Counted from the first letter of the stretch, positions 8,604 to 17,516 are shown. The stretch is DNA of 32,000 bases from an uncultured Desulfobacterales bacterium (GCA_964647905.1 CAZYJR010000030.1:5042-37041), one strand, 5' to 3'. The notes: generated by a model from the sequence alone, not told the origin. A program made the numbers and translations.

Positions 8604-9167
8604 CTAGTCACCCCAGCGCTTGAAGAGCCGGTGTTCTATCCCTAGGTAATCAAAGACCTTGCCTATGGTCTGGTCCAGTATGTCCTCGATTGTGCTGGGC
8701 CTGTGATAAAACGACGGCACAGGGGGGAGGATATGCGCCCCCAGCTCCGCGGCCAGGCTCATCAGGCGGAGGTGCCCGGCGTGGAGAGGGGTCTCTCTGA
8801 CCACCAGGACCAGCTTTCTCTTCTCCTTGAGCGTCACGTCTGCAGCCCGGATGAGCAGGTTGGTGGTGAAGGAGTTGGATATGCCGGAGAGACTCTTTAT
8901 GGTGCAGGGGGCCACCACCATGCCCTCGGTCATGAACGACCCGCTTGCAAGGGCTGCACCCACGTCCCGGTTGTCATAGACCACCGCGGCCATCCCGGCC
9001 ACCTCCTCCGGGCTGTACCGGGTCTCGATCTCGATGTTCCGCTTCCCGGCCTCGGAAAGGATCAAGTGGGTCTCCACATCGGTCTCTTTCAAATGCTCCA
9101 GGAGCCTCACTCCGTATATCACCCCGCTCGCCCCGGATATCCCCACCACCAGCCTTCGCGCCATCAC
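8604..9167 (-). CDS. ubiX: Flavin prenyltransferase UbiX (prenylated-FMN synthase for the UbiD-family enzyme)
   Basis: 187 aa, with RLVVGISGASGVIYGVRLLEHL...MVVAPCTIKSLSGISNSFTTNLLIRAADVTLKEKRKLVLVVRETPL. This is the canonical UbiX/Pad1 signature. Confidence 0.9.
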   Translation of the reverse strand: MMARRLVVGISGASGVIYGVRLLEHLKETDVETHLILSEAGKRNIEIETRYSPEEVAGMAAVVYDNRDVGAALASGSFMTEGMVVAPCTIKSLSGISNSFTTNLLIRAADVTLKEKRKLVLVVRETPLHAGHLRLMSLAAELGAHILPPVPSFYHRPSTIEDILDQTIGKVFDYLGIEHRLFKRWGD

Positions 9168-9179
9168 TTATTCCACCCT

Positions 9180-9830
9180 TCATCCATTGCGCCGCACCAC
9201 CTCCAGTATGTTGAATCCTCGCTCCTTGAGCGTCTCGTTCACCCGTTCCAGGCCTTCCTTGTCCAGGCGCAAAAGCAGCCGCCGCTTCCCGGTCTCGGGG
9301 TCCTTAAGGGTGAAGAGGCAATGAAGCCTCCCGCCTGCGGCGAATGCCGCCTCCACTATCTCCCGCACCATCTCCCCGTCGGGCCGATCGAGCTCCACTG
9401 TCAGCCCGGAGTAGCTCTCCGCCACACCCAGTATCTGGTAGAGGGAGTTGAATATGTCGAGATCCGAGACCGTCCCGACCAGCTTTTCCCCGTCCATGAC
9501 CGGGAAGAAGCTCCTGCCGAACTGCTTGCCCTGCTCCAGTGCGGCCTCCACGGTATCGTCCATGGAGAGGCAGACCGGCTTCCTGACCATCAGGTCCTTC
9601 ACCTTGACCCGCTCGTTGAAGAACTTCATCTCGTGGGGACTTTGCGTGGCCGTGACCGACGATGCCGCCTCGTTCAAGTCCTTGCGGGAGAGGATACCCC
9701 TGAGCCTGCCCTCGTCAACCACCGGGATGAACCTCTCCCTGATCTCGCCCAGGATCCGCAGGGCCTCGCTGGCCGGGGTGTCGCTGGTAATGGTGGCCGG
9801 GGACTTCTTCATCCAGTTCTTTATGAGCAT
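9180..9830 (-). CDS. Tandem CBS-domain protein with C-terminal ACT-like region; PpsC-like candidate (stimulatory protein 3 of phenylphosphate synthase)
   Basis: 217 aa (about 24 kDa) when started at MLIKNWMKK (9830). The longer track ORF (to 10100) would overlap the upstream gene with an Arg/Gly/Pro-rich, junk-like N-terminus. Two CBS repeats are visible (MKKSPATITSDTP...IPVVDEGRLRGILSRKDL and MVRKPVCLSMDDT...FPVMDGEKLVGTVSDLDI). Confidence 0.7.
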   Translation of the reverse strand: MLIKNWMKKSPATITSDTPASEALRILGEIRERFIPVVDEGRLRGILSRKDLNEAASSVTATQSPHEMKFFNERVKVKDLMVRKPVCLSMDDTVEAALEQGKQFGRSFFPVMDGEKLVGTVSDLDIFNSLYQILGVAESYSGLTVELDRPDGEMVREIVEAAFAAGGRLHCLFTLKDPETGKRRLLLRLDKEGLERVNETLKERGFNILEVVRRNG

Positions 9831-9895
9831 GGCGTTCTCCGTGAAATGAGGATTATGCCAGAAAACATTTCTCCGGGTAAAGCACTTCGGGGCTG

Positions 9896-11134
9896 TTATC
9901 CGGTGTCTTCCGCGGCCTTTGCTCCGAAGAGCTCCATGGCCGCGCTGATCACGGCCTCTCCGAAGGCCGGATCCTCCATGTTGGCGTCCACTTCCGAGAC
10001 CTTGATCTCCGGCCTCAGTAGGGCGCGAAGCTCGTTTACAAAGATCCGGTCCTCTGCGGGGTCGTGGGTGGGGTTGCCGGGCGCGTCCACGGACGACCAT
10101 CCCCTCGTGGGGATCACCACCCTCACCGGGCCCTTCGCCCTATTGAGCTTGTCCGCGAATACGGCGGCCACCTCTGAGAGCTCCTCGGGCGAGTGGCGGA
10201 TCCAGGTGCGGTAACGGTCCAGGTCGTACTTTCGCCGCTCCTTGTACTCCGGCTTGTACCTGGACTTGGCCGGCGTCATGTGATTCACGCTGCAGACGGA
10301 CACCACCTGGGGGATGCCCAGGCTCCCTGCGGTCTCCAGCCTGTTGGGGCCCGCGTCCCTCATGAATCCGTAGTGGTGCTCTCCCACACCTCCAGGGGCG
10401 AGATCCACCACCCCGTGGAAGAGGCCCTGGGCTATCATGTCCTCCATGGCCCTGTCCCCGATCCCTGCAGCGGAAAACCCTATCACTTGGAATCCTTGTG
10501 CTTCCAGGCCTTGCCGAACCGAGCTCGCGCATTTCTCGCACGGCCCCAACATGGTGAGCGCTATGCTTCGACCGGATTCGGAGCCGGGAGGGGCCGCCCG
10601 GCCTCTTATCATGCCCGCCGCCGCTCCCGCGCCCCGGTCGAGGACGTTTTTCAGCAGATCGGTCACCCCGGAGATCTCTATTACCGAGTGGAACAGGGCT
10701 ATGTCCCCGGTCCCTATGTACCGCGTGGAGAGGCCGGGGAGGGCGGCGGTCGATGAGATCATGAGCTTGGGGACCCCGAAGGGAAGGGCTCGCATCACCT
10801 CGGTGGCCATCAGGGTGCCCGTGGAGCCGCCCAGGCCCACCGCGCCGTGGATCCCGCCCTCGGCTTGGAGCCGCTTGGCAATGGCAGAGGCCCCTTGGAT
10901 GGTGATGTTGGTGATCCGCGAGCGCTCCCTGGAGGAGTGGATCTCCTCCAGGGAGCTCCCGCCGGCCGATGCCACCTCGGCCGGTCCCACGTCGGCCGAG
11001 GGATGCCCGTCCCCCCGCATGGAGAGGTCCATCAAGAGAGTCCCCAGGCCCAACGCCTCCAACCTCTCCCTGAGATACATGGTCTCCGGGCCCTTGGTGT
11101 CCATGGTGGAAAGGATCAGGACCGTATGCTCCAT
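9896..11134 (-). CDS. UPF0261 family protein (Tm-1-like ATP-binding domain), copy 1
   Basis: 412 aa. Family pattern: VLILSTMDTKGPE...GLGGSTGTLMATEVMRALPFGVPKLMISSTAA...TMLGPCEKC...GPVRVVIPTRGWSSVDAPGNPTHDP. It is embedded between the CoA ligase and the CBS protein. Confidence 0.7.
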   Translation of the reverse strand: MEHTVLILSTMDTKGPETMYLRERLEALGLGTLLMDLSMRGDGHPSADVGPAEVASAGGSSLEEIHSSRERSRITNITIQGASAIAKRLQAEGGIHGAVGLGGSTGTLMATEVMRALPFGVPKLMISSTAALPGLSTRYIGTGDIALFHSVIEISGVTDLLKNVLDRGAGAAAGMIRGRAAPPGSESGRSIALTMLGPCEKCASSVRQGLEAQGFQVIGFSAAGIGDRAMEDMIAQGLFHGVVDLAPGGVGEHHYGFMRDAGPNRLETAGSLGIPQVVSVCSVNHMTPAKSRYKPEYKERRKYDLDRYRTWIRHSPEELSEVAAVFADKLNRAKGPVRVVIPTRGWSSVDAPGNPTHDPAEDRIFVNELRALLRPEIKVSEVDANMEDPAFGEAVISAAMELFGAKAAEDTG

Positions 11135-11163
11135 TAGTCGGTGCTCCCTTCGGCTTTGCTCCC

Positions 11164-12819
11164 TCAGGATTGCTCGGCCTCTATCTTGGCCGCCATTTCC
11201 TTCTTGAGCGTCTCCTTGTTCACCTTGCCCGAGTCGCCCACGGCCGGGAACTCGTCCATTATCTCCAGGCGCTCCGGGAGCTTGAACTTGGCGAGCTTCT
11301 TGGCCTTGAGGAACTCCACCATCTCATCGAAGGTGAAGGTCTCCCCGGCCCTGGGGATCACACAGGCGCAGCACCGTTCGCCCATCTCCCTGTCCGGGTA
11401 GCCCACTATGGCCACTGACGAGACCTTGGGGTGCTCGTTCAGGAGCCCCTCTATCTCCGCGGGGTATATGTTCTGACCGCCCCGAATGATCATGTCCTTG
11501 GCCCGGCCCAGGATCCAGAGGCAGCCCTGGTCGAACTTGACGATATCCTCGGTGGTGGTCCAACCGTCGCTGTCGAACACCGTCGCGGTAAGCTCCTCGT
11601 CGCGGTAATAGCCGGCCGGTGCATGGGGCCCCCTGAAGTAGAGAATCCCCGGCTCCCCGTCAGGGACCGTATCGCCCTTTTCGTCGACCAGCCTCACCTT
11701 GTTCCCAGGGAGCATGCGGCCCACGGTTCTGCGGCGCAGCTCCTTGCTGTCCTCCACCCGGCATCCCGAGACCGAGCCCTTGTCCTGTGTGCCCAGGTCG
11801 CTGGTGATCACCGCCTGGAAGGCCTCCTCTGCCTCTTCGGCCACCTGGGGGGAGAGATAGCCGCCCGCCGAGCGGATGAAGCGGAGCGAGCTCAGGTCGT
11901 ACCTGGAGGGATCCGCTTCCAGCATCCTTATCAAGTGGGTCGGCACCACTCCGATGGCGGTCGCCCGCTCCTTTTCGATCAGGGAAAGCGCCCCTTCAGG
12001 GGTGAATTCCTCGAGCATCACGGTCTTGGCCCCGGCAAGGGGGGCGGCGAAGTAGGTAAGGGTGCCGGCGGCTCCGCCCGCATGGGGTGCGATCGCCATG
12101 GTGATGTCGTCCTTGTTCAGGCCCCAGATGTCCACCCTGGCCTTGGACGTGCAGACCCTGGGCGCGGTCGGCCATTCCACCAGCTTGGGAAGGCCCGTGG
12201 TGCCGCTGGTGGTGGTGAGCAGGGCGACGTTCCAGATGGCATCCAGCCTGCGCTCCGCCAGCACGGCCTCGTCCACCGGCTCGGCTGCGCGCTCATGGGC
12301 CATGGTGGTCAGGGAGTGGGTCCCCTCGGGCGCTCCTTGCGGCACCTTGTCATCGAAGAGAAAGATCCTTTCCAGATGGGAGAAGCGCTCCTGGAGCTCG
12401 CGGTACATCTCCAGGTAGTCGAACTTGCGGTATACATGTGGGATGACTACGGCTGAGGCCTCCGTCCTTTCCACCATGTACTCGAGCTCCCGCTCGCGCA
12501 GGTAGGGATAGACCGTGAGGGAGATCAGCCCGGCCCTCTCGGCCGCCACACGGGCCAGGAACCCGAAGACGCTGTTCGGCGACTGGATGATGATTCGGCT
12601 GAACTTGGGAAGGCCCATCTCCACCCAGGAGGCGGCAATGGCGTCCACCAGGCGTTTGGCCTCGGCCCAGGTGACCCTGTAGCGGGAGTCCACCAGGGCC
12701 TCGCGGTCGCCCATCTCCCGGGCGTTCCGGTCATAGAAGTCGTAGAAGAGCTCCTGGGTCCAGTGTCCGTCCCGGACGAACTCATCGACCATCTCCTGGG
12801 TATAGCGAATCGGTCTCAC
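11164..12819 (-). CDS. AMP-dependent aryl-acid CoA ligase (EntE/DhbE-like); candidate 4-hydroxybenzoate-CoA ligase
   Basis: 551 aa, GTG start with a GGAGG Shine-Dalgarno 6 nt upstream. It has the AMP-binding motif LLTTTSGTTGLPK and an EntE-like N-terminus (YTQEMVDEFVRDGHWTQELFYDFYDRNA). Substrate is inferred from context only. Confidence 0.8.
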   Translation of the reverse strand: MRPIRYTQEMVDEFVRDGHWTQELFYDFYDRNAREMGDREALVDSRYRVTWAEAKRLVDAIAASWVEMGLPKFSRIIIQSPNSVFGFLARVAAERAGLISLTVYPYLRERELEYMVERTEASAVVIPHVYRKFDYLEMYRELQERFSHLERIFLFDDKVPQGAPEGTHSLTTMAHERAAEPVDEAVLAERRLDAIWNVALLTTTSGTTGLPKLVEWPTAPRVCTSKARVDIWGLNKDDITMAIAPHAGGAAGTLTYFAAPLAGAKTVMLEEFTPEGALSLIEKERATAIGVVPTHLIRMLEADPSRYDLSSLRFIRSAGGYLSPQVAEEAEEAFQAVITSDLGTQDKGSVSGCRVEDSKELRRRTVGRMLPGNKVRLVDEKGDTVPDGEPGILYFRGPHAPAGYYRDEELTATVFDSDGWTTTEDIVKFDQGCLWILGRAKDMIIRGGQNIYPAEIEGLLNEHPKVSSVAIVGYPDREMGERCCACVIPRAGETFTFDEMVEFLKAKKLAKFKLPERLEIMDEFPAVGDSGKVNKETLKKEMAAKIEAEQS

Positions 12820-12842
12820 ATCGAACCTCCGTGCTTGAAAAG

Positions 12843-12871
12843 CCGCCGCCCGGCGGCAAACCGGGCGGCGG
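12843..12871 (-). terminator. Perfect 11-bp GC hairpin between the UbiD-like gene and the CoA-ligase gene, followed by CUUUUC; possible attenuator or mRNA-stabilising element
   Basis: CCGCCGCCCGG-7 nt-CCGGGCGGCGG read directly from the sequence. It sits 9 nt after the UbiD stop and about 20 nt before the ligase Shine-Dalgarno. Confidence 0.3.
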
Positions 12872-12880
12872 TCTAAAGGT

Positions 12881-14281
12881 TTAGAGCCCCAGCTCGGACC
12901 ACCTGGACTCCACTTTCTTCACCATGTCCGGGTCCAGCTCGATGGGAATGGGCTTCTTCTTCCACTCGTATGGAATGGTGGCGTCCATCAGCATGCGGCC
13001 GGTAATCTCCCGCGCGTCAATGGGCAGGGAAGGGTCGAGAGGGGTGGAGCGCCCGCGCTTTATCACCTGGCTGCGGTTCGGCTGGAACCGGAAGCTCAGG
13101 GCGTACATCACCCGGGGGATGTCCCACGGGTCTATGTCGTCGTCGACCGCAATCACGGTTTTAAGTCCGTAGGCGCCCATCTCCGTGGAGACGGCCGCGG
13201 TGAGCACCTGGTCCGTATGGCCCGGGTACATCTGCTTGAGCGAGATGATTGCCAGGAACCGGCCGGATCCCTCGGGCGGGCAGTAGACCGCCTGTATGCC
13301 CGGGATCTTCATGTCTTCCAGTTGCTGCCACAGGGTGGCCCCGTAGGTGAGGGCCATGGTCATGTGGGTGTCGGTAACCGCCCTTCCCACGGTGGTTCCC
13401 CAGAAGATGGGGTTGTTCCTGTAGGTGACGCATTTTACATCTATAAAGTTCCTGGGGTCGGTGCCCACGCCCGAGTAGTAGCCGGTGTACTCGCCGAACG
13501 GGCCCTCCTCCATGAACTTGTCCGCGTCCACCTCGCCCTCGACCACGATCTCGGCCGTGGCCGGGACCGGAAGATCGTTGGTCTCCGCCTTTACCACCTC
13601 GATGGGCCCCCCGCGAATGGTGCCTGCAAAGTCATACTCCGACTCGAACGCGGAGAGTCTGGAGGCCCCCATGAGAAAGAGCAGGGGATCGCAGCCCACC
13701 ACCGCGCAGACCGGCATGGGTTTGCCCATGGCCTGGTATTTCTTGAGCATGATATCCGCGTGCTTGCCCTTGATGAACTGGGTCCCCAGCTTGTCCTTTC
13801 CCAGGAGCTGGAGCCGGTAGGTCCCGAGATTGACCCAGCCGGTCTCCGGGTCCTTGCTCAGGACGAAGTGGGCCGTACCGAAGTACCTCCCCCCGTCCAT
13901 CGGGTAGAACTTGGGCACCGGAAACTTGTTGAGGTCCACCTGGTCGCCCATCATGATGTTTTCCTTGCAGGGCCCGGTGTCCACCATCTTGGGAGGGATC
14001 ATGGTCTCCCGCTTTTCCACCCACATCCTCATCAGGTCCACCAGGCTGGAGTCCTCGGGCATGCCCATGATCAGGGCCAGCCTGGCCGTGGAGGTGCAGA
14101 CACTGGTTATCACCGGCGAGTCGTAGCCTTTGACATTCTCGAAGAGCAGGGCCGGTCCCTGCCTCTCCTCGTTGATCTTTGCAATGTGGGAGAGCTCCAG
14201 GTCCCAGTCCACCTCCGCCTTGATGCGGTGGAGCATGCCCCTCTTTTCCGCCTCGTCAATGAAATCCCTCATGCTCTTCAT
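12881..14281 (-). CDS. UbiD-family (prFMN-dependent) decarboxylase/carboxylase; phenylphosphate carboxylase PpcA/B-like
   Basis: 466 aa with a typical UbiD fold sequence (MRDFIDEAEKRGMLHRIKAEVDWDLELSHI...GPFGEYTGYYS...). It lies directly downstream of ppsAB and in the same operon as ubiX. Confidence 0.85.
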   Translation of the reverse strand: MKSMRDFIDEAEKRGMLHRIKAEVDWDLELSHIAKINEERQGPALLFENVKGYDSPVITSVCTSTARLALIMGMPEDSSLVDLMRMWVEKRETMIPPKMVDTGPCKENIMMGDQVDLNKFPVPKFYPMDGGRYFGTAHFVLSKDPETGWVNLGTYRLQLLGKDKLGTQFIKGKHADIMLKKYQAMGKPMPVCAVVGCDPLLFLMGASRLSAFESEYDFAGTIRGGPIEVVKAETNDLPVPATAEIVVEGEVDADKFMEEGPFGEYTGYYSGVGTDPRNFIDVKCVTYRNNPIFWGTTVGRAVTDTHMTMALTYGATLWQQLEDMKIPGIQAVYCPPEGSGRFLAIISLKQMYPGHTDQVLTAAVSTEMGAYGLKTVIAVDDDIDPWDIPRVMYALSFRFQPNRSQVIKRGRSTPLDPSLPIDAREITGRMLMDATIPYEWKKKPIPIELDPDMVKKVESRWSELGL

Positions 14282-14329
14282 AAACCCTTCTCCCTCCCTT
14301 TTTGAATTCTGTTTAACAATGGTTGCCCC

Positions 14330-15412
14330 TTATTTGATCTTCTTGCCGCTGACCAGCCCTGCCACAATGTGCTCAAGGGCGGATTTCTTTGGTTTGGATA
14401 CGGGCTCCCTCTGCCTGTGGCCCCAGACCGTCTCGGGCCGGCTCTGGAGGATCAAGACCCTGCCTGCAGCCGGCATGTCCTTGTCTATGGCCCACTCGAT
14501 GTCCATGGGTTTTCCGTAGTGCTTCTCTATGAGCTTGCCCACCCGGGCGAGCTCCACCACGTCCTCGTCGATCATGCACTGGTTGTTTCGCCTCTCCTGT
14601 GGGATCTCGTGCCTCTCCACCTCGTTGGTCTCCGGGTTGGCCGTGTACAGGCACTCCTTGGGTGAGATCTTGCGCTTTATTATCTCCAGGGTGACCTTGC
14701 TGACCACGAAGTGGTCCGGGGTGCACTCGCCGCTCACCACGCTCTCGCCGAACCCCCAGTTGGCGTCTATCACTATGGTGGAGGGGTCCCCGGTGGCGGG
14801 ATTGATGGTGAACATCACCCCCGCGGTCCAGGAGTTGGCCATCTTCTGGATGCCCACCGAGATGCCCACCGCATCGTGGGGGAAACCCATTCGCGCCCGG
14901 TAGGCGATGGCCCGGGGAGTGAACAGGCTGGACCAGCATTTGCGAACGTGCTCCAGGACGTTGTCCACCCCCCTGACCCACAGGAAGGTCTCCTGCTGGC
15001 CGGCGAAGCTCGCATCCGGCAGGTCCTCGGCCGTGGCGCTGGATCTCACCGCCACGGGTACGGCGGGGACGTGGCACTGCTCGGAGAGCCTCCTGTAGAA
15101 CTCCCCTATGTAGTCCTCTATCTCTATACTGACCGGCGCCCCCTCTATGAGCTCCCTCACCTCCCTGCTCGCCTTCTCTCCCGTATTTGTGTCCTCCGCC
15201 CTGACTCCTCCCAGGATCCTGTTGATCTCCTCGCGGATGCCGGTTTCCTTCAGGAACCTGTAGTAGGTCTCGGTGGTGACGGCGAACCCCGGGGGGACGG
15301 GGATGCCGGCCTTGAGGAGCTCTCCCAGGCTGGCGTTCTTCCCTCCCACCCGCGGGACGTCGTTCATGTCGCATTCCTGGAACCAGAGCACGTAATTCAT
15401 GCGCTCTTTCAT
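14330..15412 (-). CDS. ppsB: Phenylphosphate synthase beta subunit-like (PEP synthase N-terminal ATP-grasp / PPDK_N domain protein)
   Basis: 360 aa. PPDK_N pattern: VPRVGGKNASLGELLKAGIPVPPGFAVTTETYYRFL...VAVRSSATAEDLPDASFAGQQETFL. Its start is 6 nt after the ppsA stop. Confidence 0.8.
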   Translation of the reverse strand: MKERMNYVLWFQECDMNDVPRVGGKNASLGELLKAGIPVPPGFAVTTETYYRFLKETGIREEINRILGGVRAEDTNTGEKASREVRELIEGAPVSIEIEDYIGEFYRRLSEQCHVPAVPVAVRSSATAEDLPDASFAGQQETFLWVRGVDNVLEHVRKCWSSLFTPRAIAYRARMGFPHDAVGISVGIQKMANSWTAGVMFTINPATGDPSTIVIDANWGFGESVVSGECTPDHFVVSKVTLEIIKRKISPKECLYTANPETNEVERHEIPQERRNNQCMIDEDVVELARVGKLIEKHYGKPMDIEWAIDKDMPAAGRVLILQSRPETVWGHRQREPVSKPKKSALEHIVAGLVSGKKIK

Positions 15413-15418
15413 TGGATA

Positions 15419-17257
15419 CTACCTCTCGATCTGTACATGGCCGGTGTTGCCGTCCACCTTGATATGCATGCCCGTCTTGATGATCGAGGTGGCGTGGCCC
15501 GTCCCCACCACCGCGGGCATACCGTACTCGCGGCACACAATGGCCGCATGGCACATGATGCCGCCCACATCGGTGACAGCGGCCCTGATCTTCTGGAAGG
15601 CGGGCGCCCATGACGGCGACGTGGTGGGCGCCACCAGGATCTCGCCGTCCTTTAGCTGATCCACTTCCTTTACGGACCTGCACACCCTGGCCACGCCTTC
15701 CACCGAGCCCGGGGAGCCCGCAAAGCCGGTGAGCTCGGTGACCTTGTCCGGGTCTCCGATCTCCCGGACCTTGGCCCAGGCGGACATGCTCTCGTTGGTG
15801 ACCCCCCAGAGGACTATGGTGAAAGGCTCGGTTATGGTTTCCGGAGGGGTCCCTACGGCTGGCGGCGGTGACCATTGCCTGAACTTCTCGTAGACGCCCT
15901 TGCGCCACTCGATCTCCTTGGGCCAGTAAGAGGGCCCCCTTGGCTTGCTCCCGGTCGCCCAGGCGGTCACAACGTCCCACAAGGCGTCCTTGATTTCCGA
16001 GCGCTTGAAGAACCAGACGTCCTCTATGTCCTTGATGAACTCAAAGTCCTTGAGGATCGCTGCCACCTCCCTGACCTTGTTCCAGAAAATGGAGTGGAAC
16101 CAGTGCTCCACGTAAAAGAGGTGGTTCTCCACGTAGGGGAAGACCAGCTCGGAGGTCCCCTGGAGCTGGTCGAATGTCTGCTTGTCCTCCTCGGTCGAGA
16201 GCAGCTCCCTGTACTCCTTCCGTATCCTCTCCCGCTCCTCCTTGATCCTTTCCACCGGCCGATCTATGGACTGGCCCTGCTGTATTTTTTCCACGTAGAC
16301 CCGAATGGAGTTCATGGGGACGTTGAGTTCGTCCAGCCAGCAGGCGTCATGGTGGTACCACCCCGTCCCTGTGGAGACATAGAACCACGGGTTCTTCGCC
16401 TTTTCCCACGCCTGCACCCAGGTCCTGCCGTTATCCGACTTTTCCAGGTCCGCCAGGGTGTCCCGGACGTCGCGGCTCTCCAGGATCTTTCCCGCCAGGT
16501 CCAGGTCCACGGCGAGGCGGGCGAGCTTCTTCAGCTCCTCGTCCGGCTGGTAGATGATCACATCGATTCCGCCCACCATCTGGGTGATGCGCTGGAGCGG
16601 GATATCCGGGAAGGCCTTGGTGCAGAAGTCGACAAAGGTGACATAAGACGCATAGCCCAGGTTCAGGAACTCGAAGTGGTACTGCCAGCAGAGGATACCC
16701 ATGTCCAGGAGCTTGTCGTAGGCCCGGAGGAGCTCGTAGCCCTTGGACTTGCCCAGTCCTTCGGTAACCACGGACATGTCCTCCATCTCGGGCAGGCGGG
16801 GGATCTCCAGGGCTTCGAGCTCCTTGATCAGCTCCTTCATCTTTTCTTCCCACTTGTCGTGGAGCTCGTCCCAGTGCTCGTAATAGTAACCCGCACGCTC
16901 CATGAAAAGCGGCACCCGCTCTTCCACCTGCTTGGGATCGGAGACAGGGACTGGGGTGATGTAGACGTTTCCGTTGATGATGCGGTGATCCACGCCCAGG
17001 GCCGGCGGGACCATGAAGATCCTGGTATTGAACTGGCTCAGCGCCAGGAACCAGGCCTCGTCCCAGATGATGTCGAACGGATACATGGGCTCCGGGTAAT
17101 GGAGGCCGTCATTGAACCAGAACATGTTGTTCTCGTACTCTTCGCGCTCCTTGTCCTCTGTGGTGAACTGGTAGTGGTAGGGGTACATCCTCTCCCACCC
17201 CTCGGTCCCCGGGATGGTCTCCACCTCGTGAGGGTTGGGAAACTTGGGCTCGGCCAT
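15419..17257 (-). CDS. ppsA: Phenylphosphate synthase alpha subunit-like (substrate-binding domain plus C-terminal phospho-histidine swivel domain), copy 1
   Basis: 612 aa from MAEPKF (17257), which has an AGGGAGGTG Shine-Dalgarno; the track ORF extends to 17413. The C-terminal PEP-utilising mobile domain carries the catalytic His context TDVGGIMCHAAIVCREYGMPAVVG. Confidence 0.8.
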   Translation of the reverse strand: MAEPKFPNPHEVETIPGTEGWERMYPYHYQFTTEDKEREEYENNMFWFNDGLHYPEPMYPFDIIWDEAWFLALSQFNTRIFMVPPALGVDHRIINGNVYITPVPVSDPKQVEERVPLFMERAGYYYEHWDELHDKWEEKMKELIKELEALEIPRLPEMEDMSVVTEGLGKSKGYELLRAYDKLLDMGILCWQYHFEFLNLGYASYVTFVDFCTKAFPDIPLQRITQMVGGIDVIIYQPDEELKKLARLAVDLDLAGKILESRDVRDTLADLEKSDNGRTWVQAWEKAKNPWFYVSTGTGWYHHDACWLDELNVPMNSIRVYVEKIQQGQSIDRPVERIKEERERIRKEYRELLSTEEDKQTFDQLQGTSELVFPYVENHLFYVEHWFHSIFWNKVREVAAILKDFEFIKDIEDVWFFKRSEIKDALWDVVTAWATGSKPRGPSYWPKEIEWRKGVYEKFRQWSPPPAVGTPPETITEPFTIVLWGVTNESMSAWAKVREIGDPDKVTELTGFAGSPGSVEGVARVCRSVKEVDQLKDGEILVAPTTSPSWAPAFQKIRAAVTDVGGIMCHAAIVCREYGMPAVVGTGHATSIIKTGMHIKVDGNTGHVQIER

Positions 17258-17516
17258 GCTACACCTCCCTTGATTGTGGTTACCCGTGATTATGGGACGC
17301 CTTTGTTGCTCGAAAGACCTTCTCGAGCACAGGGCGTCACCTGCATACACCCACTCGGGGCGCCGGGCCCCGAGGCGGAACTCTCGGTCAAGGGTTGCGG
17401 CTTGGCCTCTCAAGCATTGCTTTCCAAGGGTGTTCTCTGCTCAGGTACGTTCAGGAGCGCGGGAGAGCTTGCGAGGCTTTGGCTCTTTTCTTGAAGCTTT
17501 CTTAAAGAATTGTCAA

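Noticed and set aside
9831-10100. 90-codon N-terminal extension of the CBS-protein ORF
   Set aside because: It would overlap the upstream UPF0261 gene by about 200 nt and is Arg/Gly-rich junk. The CBS domain starts right after the internal Met at 9830.
8703-10214. 503-aa plus-strand ORF, together with similar long ORFs at 5102-5827, 5987-6472, 11431-12456, 13217-14305, 14711-15613, 15875-17494, 25297-26274, 26671-27378 and 27729-28901
   Set aside because: All lie antisense to, or out of frame with, genes that have clear family signatures. Their products are Arg/Gly/Pro/His/Leu-rich low-complexity strings, typical of stop-codon-poor alternative frames in high-GC DNA. I recognised no motif in any of them.
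14373-15980. 535-aa minus-strand ORF spanning the ppsB region and the ppsA 3' end in another frame
   Set aside because: It is the same-strand alternative frame of two well-supported genes. The sequence is extremely Arg/Gly/Pro-rich with no recognisable domain.
17258-17413. 52-codon N-terminal extension of the ppsA-1 ORF
   Set aside because: The internal ATG at 17257 has a strong Shine-Dalgarno and aligns with the N-terminus of the paralogue (MAEPKF versus MAAKF). The extension has no counterpart in copy 2.
17258-17500. Sigma-54 (-24 GG / -12 GC) promoter upstream of ppsA-1, as in the Thauera/Aromatoleum pps operons
   Set aside because: The best candidate (TTGGAAAGCAATGCTT on the minus strand) has the wrong GG-to-GC spacing. 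There is also no sigma-54 enhancer-binding regulator in the window.
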